A DNA stretch of 64,000 nt from an uncultured virus (IMG/VR IMGVR_UViG_3300020414_000984) (Duplodnaviria > Heunggongvirae > Uroviricota > Caudoviricetes > Crassvirales): the IMG/VR virus record IMGVR_UViG_3300020414_000984; one strand, 5' to 3'. Of this stretch, positions 46,549-55,800 are shown in pieces. The notes beneath the pieces are model-generated. The model did not search any database. It saw only the letters and a list, made by a program, of their open reading frames with translations, and was not told the DNA's origin. Both the position numbers and the translations under genes were made by a program. Each line of letters starts with the position of its first letter. Position 1 is the stretch's first letter.

Positions 46549-46792
46549 TATATTCGTAGTTATAGAAAAAATAAAGGAAGCGCCGAAGAAAGTAGGTGGC
46601 TTAGAACTTACCGAAGATCAAAATAAAGATGTTAGATATTTAAAAGGTAAGGTTATATCTGCAGGCCCTTTAGCTGAAGGTATAAAAAAAGATGATATAG
46701 TTAGATATGATAAGCATGCGGGTCATGGTATTGAATGGAAAGATAAACTATATTACGTTATAACTATTCGCGATATAGTTTTAGTTGAATGA
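46535..46792 (+). CDS. groES: Co-chaperonin GroES
   Basis: GGL mobile loop, GKVISAG and D.V.YDK.AG; adjacent to groEL. Confidence 0.88.
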   Translation: MQAVNIFVVIEKIKEAPKKVGGLELTEDQNKDVRYLKGKVISAGPLAEGIKKDDIVRYDKHAGHGIEWKDKLYYVITIRDIVLVE

Positions 46793-47229
46793 GACTAGAG
46801 GCGAACGATATTAGAGAATTAAATTTATTAAAGTATTATAGGCTCATTCGTAAATGGGCCTGTAAAACTTATGGACTAAAAGATGCTGATTTAGAACTTT
46901 TAGTCTATTTAGATTGCAAATCGCGATTTACACGTAATGAATTTATAGAAGGCGTATATACATACTCATGGGATAAAAATCGATGGGAACGACTAAGAAA
47001 AAATGGTTGGATAGATGTATGGCGTCACAGAAATAGAAAAGACATAAAATACAGTATATACAAAACCTCATTTAAATGTAGTCAACTTATATCTCGTATA
47101 TACAGAATAATGCTTGCGCAAGAAGACTTACCTACTAGCGAGCGTAGTGTATTTTATAGTAATAAATCATATACTGATAAAGTTTATAATAAAGCTATAG
47201 ATGATATGATTAAAGACAAAGATCGATAA
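46789..47229 (+). CDS. Winged-helix-like protein
   Basis: GLKDADLELLVYL...RL.KNGWI pattern resembles MarR-type wHTH. Confidence 0.55.
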   Translation: MRLEANDIRELNLLKYYRLIRKWACKTYGLKDADLELLVYLDCKSRFTRNEFIEGVYTYSWDKNRWERLRKNGWIDVWRHRNRKDIKYSIYKTSFKCSQLISRIYRIMLAQEDLPTSERSVFYSNKSYTDKVYNKAIDDMIKDKDR

Positions 47230-47594
47230 TGGGCTACAAAATGAAAAGTAATATCCCCAAACTATTAGGTATAAATCCTGAGTTATCAACTTACGATATA
47301 CCGGTATTTGAGAAAGACTTACCTAAAAATTTATGGGGTGCAGCTTTAATTGACAGAACGATACATATTAATAAAAATATAAGTGATGACAAAAAGAAGC
47401 ATGCAGTAGAACATGAGATGATGCATGTTATGCAATTTAGATCTGGTCAAGTAAATTATGATAAGAAAAACATATATTGGAGAGCAACACCTTTTCAACC
47501 TATTCAAACTTTTATTAGATCAAAGTTAAAAGAAGGTAGTGCTTCGCTCCCATGGGAAAAAATAATATACGATAAAACAGGAAAATATGCCTAA
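47229..47594 (+). CDS. Zincin-like metallopeptidase
   Basis: IHINK...AVEHEMMH...PWE. Confidence 0.7.
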   Translation: MGYKMKSNIPKLLGINPELSTYDIPVFEKDLPKNLWGAALIDRTIHINKNISDDKKKHAVEHEMMHVMQFRSGQVNYDKKNIYWRATPFQPIQTFIRSKLKEGSASLPWEKIIYDKTGKYA

Positions 47595-47880
47595 TAAAAA
47601 AGCGCCCTCGAAAAAAAAATCTCTAGGTTATTACAATCCAGTAAAAAACAAGAAGAAAGAAGGAGCTGCAGCCGGAGGTGGTATGACCAAAAAAGGTGTA
47701 GCTAAATATAGAAGAGATAACCCTGGCAGTAAGCTAAAAACAGCTGTTACTAAGTGTGACGTTAAAGTTGGTACTAAAGCTTATAAAAGACAAAAAGCAT
47801 TTTGCAGCAGATCAAGAAGCTGGAAAGGCGAAAGAGGTAAAGCAGCTAGAAGAAGATGGTGCTGCAGTAGACATAGATAA
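47587..47880 (+). CDS. Small basic phage protein (GGMTKKG...FCSR...ARRRWCC)
   Basis: K/R-rich motif family seen in marine phages. Confidence 0.7.
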   Translation: MPNKKAPSKKKSLGYYNPVKNKKKEGAAAGGGMTKKGVAKYRRDNPGSKLKTAVTKCDVKVGTKAYKRQKAFCSRSRSWKGERGKAARRRWCCSRHR

Positions 47881-47884
47881 TATT

Positions 47885-48046
47885 ATGAAATCAAGAGGAC
47901 TAGGCGATGACATCGCAAAATTTACAAAAGCAACAGGAATAAAAAGTGTTGTAGACAGAGTATCACAAGGATTAAATATACCTTGCGGATGCGAAGGAAG
48001 ACAAAAAGCTATGAATGCTTTATTTCCATATAGAAAAAACAATTAA
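47885..48046 (+). CDS. Small protein MKSRGLGD...CGC..RQ..N
   Basis: Internal ATG of the track ORF 47756-48046. Confidence 0.65.
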   Translation: MKSRGLGDDIAKFTKATGIKSVVDRVSQGLNIPCGCEGRQKAMNALFPYRKNN

Positions 48047-48047
48047 A

Positions 48048-48788
48048 ATGGCTAAAAAACATTACACACCAAAAGATATTAATAAAAATAATAAGCTAGA
48101 TCCTTGGGAAGTTGCCAAGTATGAAGCTATAAACTCTGGAACCCCAATGGTTAAGCAAATAACTAGGGCTGCTAGATCAGCTACAGAAATAGATCAAGCT
48201 TATAGAAAAGAAGCTGCGGACGCTAAAAAAGATCCTGACTATTTAAAATTTATGGCTGAAAAGCCTGCTATGCAAATGTTAAACACTGTAGATGGTTATA
48301 AGCATTTAAAAGCAACTGCTAAAAAAACAATGGGTCATCAAATGAACTATGGTAGTAAACAAGTAAATACACCTACTGGATTTTCTTCATATGATTACGG
48401 TGTATTAATGGACGCTGCTGGTAGTGAGGTTAGAGCTGAAAGAGACGCTGAGTATGGTGCGGGCCCTAATGCTCCCCGTGGATCAGGAGTTGTAAAAGTA
48501 GAATATGTTAATCCTGCTGGTGAACAAAGTATAAATATGCAAGCAGGAGGAGTAGTTGAAGCTAAATCAAATAAACAGCCTATAGAAAAGGCTGACCCTG
48601 TAGTTATTACAAAAAAGGGAGAAAGAGTTACAAATAAATTAGATAGACTACAAAGAAGAAAAGAATTACAAGAATTTAAAGGAAAACAAAGATTAGCAAA
48701 AGGATTTACTTTAGGGGCTAACCAAAAAAGAAAAAGAATTGCTAATATTGAAAAAAGAGAAAAAAGAATAAAAAACAGATTAAAATAA
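48048..48788 (+). CDS. Hypothetical protein with EF-hand-like N-terminus and basic tail
   Basis: DINKNNKLDPWE; ATG at 48048. Confidence 0.6.
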   Translation: MAKKHYTPKDINKNNKLDPWEVAKYEAINSGTPMVKQITRAARSATEIDQAYRKEAADAKKDPDYLKFMAEKPAMQMLNTVDGYKHLKATAKKTMGHQMNYGSKQVNTPTGFSSYDYGVLMDAAGSEVRAERDAEYGAGPNAPRGSGVVKVEYVNPAGEQSINMQAGGVVEAKSNKQPIEKADPVVITKKGERVTNKLDRLQRRKELQEFKGKQRLAKGFTLGANQKRKRIANIEKREKRIKNRLK

Positions 48789-48794
48789 AAAATC

Positions 48795-49178
48795 ATGCCA
48801 AAATTTCCAAAATCAAACAATTACACCATGAAAATCGGAAATCGCGAATTACATAGCGATCATGCGTTTAGAATGGATTCATACGCAACGCAATATGCAA
48901 TGCAGACTAACGGCGGAAAAGATTCTAAATCAGGTGAAACACTAAAGATTGATTATTTTTACATACCAAAAAATAAAAATCTTTCAAATTTATTAAAAGA
49001 TCTTTCAAAAAATAGAAGTACGGCTTCAAGAGATGTTATACAGGGACATATTGATAATTTGCCTGATTCTGCTCAAAACCGTGCAAACGCTATATTTAAA
49101 ACAATGAGTCCTTCTTATACTGAAGTTTATAAACCTAATAAAGATGGTGGAAGAGACAAAGAAGTTATAAGATACTAA
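48795..49178 (+). CDS. Hypothetical protein (MPKF N-terminus)
   Basis: ORF track. Confidence 0.6.
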   Translation: MPKFPKSNNYTMKIGNRELHSDHAFRMDSYATQYAMQTNGGKDSKSGETLKIDYFYIPKNKNLSNLLKDLSKNRSTASRDVIQGHIDNLPDSAQNRANAIFKTMSPSYTEVYKPNKDGGRDKEVIRY

Positions 49179-49211
49179 AATAAATATAAATCAATTAAAT
49201 TAAATTAAATC

Positions 49212-49562
49212 ATGAAAAAAACAATTATAGCAATAGCTATGCTTTTTAGCGTAGCTATATACGGACAAAAAAATATTACAGGTATATGGGAGCAAGACGA
49301 AGGTAGTAGCTATTATACAGTAATATTAAATAATAACAAAAAAGGTTATACTTTTACAAATTTTTCATTTGAATTTCAAAATATAGTTATTGAAAATTTT
49401 ATAGAAGAAACTGATACTTATGTAAAAACAGTTGTACACAATCCAGACAATGGATGGAGAGTATATTGTGAATATAGTAATATTGATAATGATACACTAA
49501 TAGTTACCTATGAAGGTGATTATGTTGCAACACATAAATTCATAAGGAAAAAAATAAATTAA
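49212..49562 (+). CDS. Exported lipocalin-like beta protein
   Basis: Signal peptide IYG|Q; ITGIW and DNDTL motifs. Confidence 0.6.
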   Translation: MKKTIIAIAMLFSVAIYGQKNITGIWEQDEGSSYYTVILNNNKKGYTFTNFSFEFQNIVIENFIEETDTYVKTVVHNPDNGWRVYCEYSNIDNDTLIVTYEGDYVATHKFIRKKIN

Positions 49563-49564
49563 TT

Positions 49565-50659
49565 ATGCCTAAATTTCGCCCAAACAAAAACTTTAAATTA
49601 AATTATGCCATGCAACTAACCACAGATGCAATGGGTAATCCAGATTATGCTCAAGAATTTAAAAGCTTTGGCGAGGGTGTAATGGCTGATATTTCAGAAA
49701 GCGTTTCAAATTTTGAAAATACAATTATTGATCAACGTACTGATACATATAAAAAAGCTATAGCTAACGATCCTATGTATGGCGGAATAAACGAAGTGTC
49801 TAGCTTTACAAAAGGTACTGATAAAAAATACCCTTATCTATATAGTAGATTTGATGCAAAATCAAATCCAAACATGTCTATAATAGCTGCGGGTGGCGGT
49901 ACTGAAGATAGAGGCGATGATTTTTTAGTACGTGATTCAAAGGATGGTTCAGTTGTAACATATCAGTCAAATGTTAATTCAAATACACAAAGAAAGCAGT
50001 ATTTTGATCGAGAAAATGCTAAATTAAGGACACAACTTAGAACGAGTAAAGATAAAGAAAATTTAAAGAATTTAAATCTTGATGCTCAAGCATCTTCTCA
50101 AATGTATTCAAATATTATGAATGCAATTAAAAAAGGAGGGTATGGTAATGTTCAAAACGAACTTAATAAAGCTTACAACCAATATTCTAATTTTAAATCT
50201 AGAGGAAGTGCAATTATTGGTGAAAGATTTTTCGGTAAGCCAGGAAGTACTACATCAGGATTCACTTTAGCAAATGTTGTTAATTATATGAACCCAGATG
50301 GATTAAATGTTGATACAACAAGAGATTTTAAAAGCGGTGAGAGAAAAAGATTTTTTGGCGGAAATAATACTTATGGTAGAGGTTATAGCTTAAGTAATAT
50401 AAAAAGACAAAATCCTGTAAAGTATCATACAAGAATAATGTTAGGAAAACTTTCAGATTTAAATGTAAGAGCTGGTAAGAAACAGGCATTTGCGAATGAA
50501 TTTGCAAAAGCAGAAGCTAGATTAAACAGGAAAGAAAAGGAGTGGAATAAATCAGATGATTTTTTGAAAAGTATAAGCGTTGATTCAAAAAGTGGTTTAA
50601 CAAAGAAAACATCTCTTTTTGATAGAATAAAACTTGATTTTAATAAGAAAAAAAATTAG
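49565..50659 (+). CDS. Hypothetical protein (MPKF N-terminus)
   Basis: ORF track, 364 aa. Confidence 0.6.
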   Translation: MPKFRPNKNFKLNYAMQLTTDAMGNPDYAQEFKSFGEGVMADISESVSNFENTIIDQRTDTYKKAIANDPMYGGINEVSSFTKGTDKKYPYLYSRFDAKSNPNMSIIAAGGGTEDRGDDFLVRDSKDGSVVTYQSNVNSNTQRKQYFDRENAKLRTQLRTSKDKENLKNLNLDAQASSQMYSNIMNAIKKGGYGNVQNELNKAYNQYSNFKSRGSAIIGERFFGKPGSTTSGFTLANVVNYMNPDGLNVDTTRDFKSGERKRFFGGNNTYGRGYSLSNIKRQNPVKYHTRIMLGKLSDLNVRAGKKQAFANEFAKAEARLNRKEKEWNKSDDFLKSISVDSKSGLTKKTSLFDRIKLDFNKKKN

Positions 50660-51058
50660 ATGAGTAAAATATTATCTAAACTATTTGGTAATGGAGGCGG
50701 AGCAGTTGTAGACAAGCTAGCTAAAGTTGCTGATAGGTTTATTCGAACTAATGATGAAAAAGCAGAGTTCGAAAAAGAAATGACGCAAATATTTATAGAA
50801 GCAGAAAAAGAAATTCAAAAGAATGTTACCGAAAGATGGAAATCAGACTTGGAGCATGGAAATTGGTTAACACGTTCAGTTAGACCGTTAGTATTAGTAT
50901 TCTTAATTGTAACTACTGTATTAATGGTTTTTATTGATTCTGGTTCTATAGCTTTTGAAGTTGAAGAAAAATGGACTGATTTACTTCAGCTAGTTTTATT
51001 AACTGTAATCGGCGCATATTTTGGAGGGCGCTCGGTTGAAAAAATAAGAAAAAAATAA
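50660..51058 (+). CDS. Holin (GTA 3TM-like)
   Basis: RWKSD...WL.RSVRP, TM segments and YFGGRS.EK. Confidence 0.8.
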   Translation: MSKILSKLFGNGGGAVVDKLAKVADRFIRTNDEKAEFEKEMTQIFIEAEKEIQKNVTERWKSDLEHGNWLTRSVRPLVLVFLIVTTVLMVFIDSGSIAFEVEEKWTDLLQLVLLTVIGAYFGGRSVEKIRKK

Positions 51059-51399
51059 TGCCTAGGATTAATAATTTACCGGATGACACTGTTATTAGTA
51101 ATAATGATAAACTAATAGGTACTGATTCACAAACAGGTGCATCAAGAAATTATAAAATTGGGGATTTAAGAGCTTTTATAAGAAAAGGGACTATTTTTAC
51201 TCATCATCAAAATACAGCTTCAAATACTTGGACTATAAATCATAATACTGAATCATTTCCAAGTGTTAGCTTAAAATTTTCAAGCAGCGATAAAATCTAT
51301 GAAAACGTAGGTGCATATGCTGGTGTACAATACAACGACAACAATACTATAACAATAACTTTAGCGGCTGCTGAAAGTGGCTACGCATACTTAAACTAA
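51058..51399 (+). CDS. Small tail/structural protein
   Basis: NTWTINHN...PSV...NTITIT...SGYAYLN beta-sandwich. Confidence 0.65.
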   Translation: MPRINNLPDDTVISNNDKLIGTDSQTGASRNYKIGDLRAFIRKGTIFTHHQNTASNTWTINHNTESFPSVSLKFSSSDKIYENVGAYAGVQYNDNNTITITLAAAESGYAYLN

Positions 51400-51405
51400 A
51401 AAACT

Positions 51406-52818
51406 ATGGCAATACCATTTTTAAATCACTTAGACTTACGAAGTGTATCAGAGCTGCAAAACGCTATTTTACACAAAACAACCTCTGGATCTGCATCAGA
51501 TGTAAGAGGTAAAATAATATATGATACAGGATCTGATACAATAAAATATTATTCACATCCAGACGGCGGATCCGGATCTTGGGTTTCATTAACAGGAGAT
51601 ACAAATACATTTAGAACTGTTCAAGCAGATGGTTCTGCAATTGGTGATACTGAAACATTAAACTTAATTGGTGGTACTAATATAACATTATCTGAATCGG
51701 GCGGTGCTATTACAATTGATGGAGCTGCAGCGATGCAATTTTTCTTAGAAGATGGTAGTGGAACGGAAGTTACAATAAACCATAATAAAGAGGTTAAATT
51801 TATAGGTGATGGTATTAGTATTGGCTGGACAGATACAGATGGCGGTGGCGATACTGATCCTTATGATTTAACATTTACAAATTCAGATAAAGGTTCTTCT
51901 CAAAATATATTTAAAACAATTGCTACAAACCCAGCACACAGTGGCTCACTTACTTTTGTGACCTCTACAAACTTAGTAGCGGACAGCAATAATGATACTT
52001 TAAAATTATTTGACGGTACTGGTATTGCAATTGAAGGTGCGAGCGATGATATAGTTAGAATAAGGATTGCAAATAACGGTGTTAATACAACACAATTAGC
52101 TGATGACGCTGTAACAGGCGCAAAAATTGATGCTGATACAATTGATTCAGAACATTATAAAGATGGTTCTGTTGATAACGTACATTTAGCAAATGACTCT
52201 ATAACAGTTAATGGTACAGCTATTGCATTAGGAGCTTCAGGTTCAATCACAGTTGACGATGTTAGTGAGCAAAATTTAAAAAACAGATTAGCTGGATTTG
52301 ATGATGGGGACACTGTTTATATTGGAGATGGTGATAATGATACAACAGTTGTTATTAGAGGTACACTTACAGTTGAAGGCACTACAACAACTGTAAATTC
52401 TGAAACATTAACAGTTGATGATAATAAAATTGTTCTTAATGATAATGTATCTGGTAATCCAACTGAAGATGCTGGTATTATAATTGAAAGAGGTAACCAA
52501 GATAATGTTGAATTAAGATGGGTTGAAGATGATGACGACTGGGAATTTACAGCACTGAATCACGCAAGTACTCCAGCATTAACTACATACAAAATAGCTA
52601 GATCATTTACAGCAAATATTGGTGATGGATCAGCTACATCAATAGCTGTTACTCATAATTTAGGTACAAAAGATGTAATAGTACAATTATATGATGTTAG
52701 CTCTTATGAAACTGTTTATGCTGATGTTGTAAGAACTAATAATAAACAAGTTACAATGACATTTGCAAATGCTCCTGCAAGCAATGATGTTCGTGTTCTT
52801 ATTACAACAGTAGGTTAA
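51406..52818 (+). CDS. Tail fibre/adaptor protein
   Basis: Fibre repeats (VTGAKI, LTVEGTTTTVNS, AGIIIERG); C-terminal VTHNLGTKDV domain. Confidence 0.75.
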   Translation: MAIPFLNHLDLRSVSELQNAILHKTTSGSASDVRGKIIYDTGSDTIKYYSHPDGGSGSWVSLTGDTNTFRTVQADGSAIGDTETLNLIGGTNITLSESGGAITIDGAAAMQFFLEDGSGTEVTINHNKEVKFIGDGISIGWTDTDGGGDTDPYDLTFTNSDKGSSQNIFKTIATNPAHSGSLTFVTSTNLVADSNNDTLKLFDGTGIAIEGASDDIVRIRIANNGVNTTQLADDAVTGAKIDADTIDSEHYKDGSVDNVHLANDSITVNGTAIALGASGSITVDDVSEQNLKNRLAGFDDGDTVYIGDGDNDTTVVIRGTLTVEGTTTTVNSETLTVDDNKIVLNDNVSGNPTEDAGIIIERGNQDNVELRWVEDDDDWEFTALNHASTPALTTYKIARSFTANIGDGSATSIAVTHNLGTKDVIVQLYDVSSYETVYADVVRTNNKQVTMTFANAPASNDVRVLITTVG

Positions 52819-52833
52819 CAATATAAAAATAAA

Positions 52834-52864
52834 ATATAGCGGTGCTTAGGTACCGCTATGTTTA
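52834..52864 (+). terminator. Intergenic hairpin/terminator
   Basis: atatagcggtgc-ttag-gtaccgctatgt followed by ttt. Confidence 0.7.
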
Positions 52865-52879
52865 ATAAAATTAAGTAAT

Positions 52880-55800
52880 ATGGCAATACCTTTTTTATCC
52901 CCTGTAAATACTACAGCAGATATAAGATTACCAGCAAATGGTAAATTGTTTTTATGGACTGGCCATAATGATAACTTTTTACGATATAATCTATGGCAAA
53001 CTTCGGCCTCCGCAGGTATGACCATCAAAAATATTGCCAGTTCTGGTGATATTTATTTCCAAACAAATTCTTCAACAGCTTTAACGCTAGATTCAAATCA
53101 AAATGTAATTGCTAATGCTTTTACAGGTAGGTTACAGGGTGCTACTACAGGTGCGCCAGACGCTACAATTTGGTGTGTTAGTGGTGAATATACTAATTGG
53201 GGTATATTTTATAATGAAGGTACGCCTGATAAAATTGAATTTAAAGCAAGTGGATCTGTAACATCAAGCATTACTTTAGACAATGGTAATATATCAACTA
53301 TAGGGAATATAGTAACAACCACTAATTCAGCTAAAATACAAACACCAAGAATTAGTATGGAAGCTGACGGTACTTTAGATTGGGGTCAAGCTAGGAACGC
53401 TGGTACGTTAACCTGGGACTCAGACTATGCTTATTTAAAAGGTCAAGTTAATAAAGGTGTAAAAATTCAAGTAAACAATACTACAACTGCTTTAACATTT
53501 GAAACTGACGCTAATGCAACTTTTGCAGGCAGTGTAGGTGTTGGAGGTAGCCCAGGTGCTAAATTTGATGTTAATGCTGGAACTACTAATACAGTAGCTA
53601 TATTTGAAAGCACTGATGATAAAGCATTTATAATACTTAAAGATGATACCACTAGTACTCATTTAATAACTAAAGATAATAAATTTTCCATAGGTGAATC
53701 ATCAACAGACTACGATAATTTTAAAGTTGATATTACAACTGGAGACACAACTATTGCAGGTGATATAACTTTAAGTACTGATGCAGATATATTAAAAGCT
53801 GGCACAAATCCTTTTAGAGTATTTACAAATGGAACTTTAGGTCTTTCTATATCAGCATCACAACATGCAACTTTTGCAGGTAGTGTAACTGCAAGGGGCA
53901 TACACTTAGGTGGTCTAGGAGACTATATAACTTTTTATGGTGGTGGTGAAACAAACCACTCTATTACGTCTAGACAATTAGATGGTGGAACTGGAGATGA
54001 TATAAGAGTAAATACTTATGGTTCTTTTATTGTAAACTTAGATTCAAACAACAATCAATCAGCAGCTGCCAACTCTAGTTTCTTTGTTGGTAGACATGGT
54101 GGCAACGCTAGTGGAATATCAGGTACAAATCTTTTATTTCAGATAGACGGTGCAACTGGTAATGTTCTGCCCGGTACAGATAGCACTCATGATTTAGGTA
54201 CCTCATCAAATAGATGGGCAAACGTATATGCAGATACATTACATGGTACTGTTGCCCAAGCAAATAACTTACAAGCTTTTGACGATAGAGATATGGCTCC
54301 GGAAGACATGTCTTATAGTGATGATTTAAAATTATTCTTTGTTGAAAAATCAGGTATAGAGGGCGGCACAGTGGGAACCAATTACCAAGATGCATTATTT
54401 ATTAGTTCTTATGTTGATTCCTCAGGTGGTAATCCTAACCTATTAGCTTTTGATAAAAGTCAAAAGAAAATATATCATTATCAAGCTAGTGCAACTGCTG
54501 CAAGCTGGGGAACTCCAAAAGAATTGGCATATACAGACAGTGTTTTAAATTTAAGCGGGGGTACTTTACAAGGTAATATCGCTATGGGTGATAATGATAT
54601 TACAGGTCTTAATAAAATAACATTTACAGATGGTGTAGAATTATTTGGAAGTGGCACTAATAATTATTTAAAATTTAAAACATTATCTACTTCTAATGGG
54701 GGTATATTATTTCAAGATGGCGATAACACTACACAAGGTTATTTATATTATGATGGTAATGCAACGTCATCTTTTGGTTTTTTAGATGGCACTGGCTCTT
54801 GGGCTGTAAGATGTTTAGAAAATCAATATGTAGAACTAAGATATGATAATTCTACAAAACTTAGAACTGCAAGTGCAGGTGTTACTATAACGGGTACAAT
54901 GGAAGCAACTAACGATGTTGTTGGTGCGGGAGATTTATCTATAAGAAATGTAAAACTAAACCAGGGTAATTCACCTACTATTACATTAGGTGTTATTAAT
55001 AGTTCAACTGGTAATTCTAAAATTCAGTTTTATAGTAAAAATAGTGGGGCAGCAAATGGTTACGCTTTACAATATAATAAAGACACTGGTATTGATAGAC
55101 TAGAATTTATTGATGGTTCTGGAAATGCTAATATTAAATTTAATAACGGCGGCGCTGCAGAATTTGCAGGTAGTGTAACAGCAACACAAATTAACACAGG
55201 CCAAGGTGCTACAGAGGTTCATTTAATGAATCAAAATCTTAGAACAACTGATGATGTAACATTTGATGACTTAACAGTTACAGGTAATTTAACTATTACA
55301 GGTGATATTAATTCTTATAATGTTACAGACCTAGATATAACAGACAAAACAATTACATTAGGTAAAGGGCAAGACGAGGGGCACTCTGGAGGTTCAGGGC
55401 TAGTTGTAGACGGATCCGGCGCAAGTATACTTTGGGATGAATCTAACGATACGTGGGATTTTAATAAAGGTGTACACATTAGTGGTCAGTTAATGACTCA
55501 AGCATTAGACGCTTCTGCTAGTATTGTTCAACATTTAAGATGTAGTGATGGTAGTAATGCAGCTACATTTAGAACTACAACAACTGGAAGAATATTTGAA
55601 ATAAGATCACAAAATAGTGGATCTTTAAAATTTGATTCAACAAGTTCAACCTTTACAGGTCATGTAAATGCTGCAACTGGGTTTAGAATGGCATCAGGTC
55701 AAGCAATAGATTTTGTTAGTACAAATATTGGTTATAATTCTATAGAAAGAAATACATCAGTAGGTGGTTTACAAATAAACACTGGCGATACCGCGTCAAT

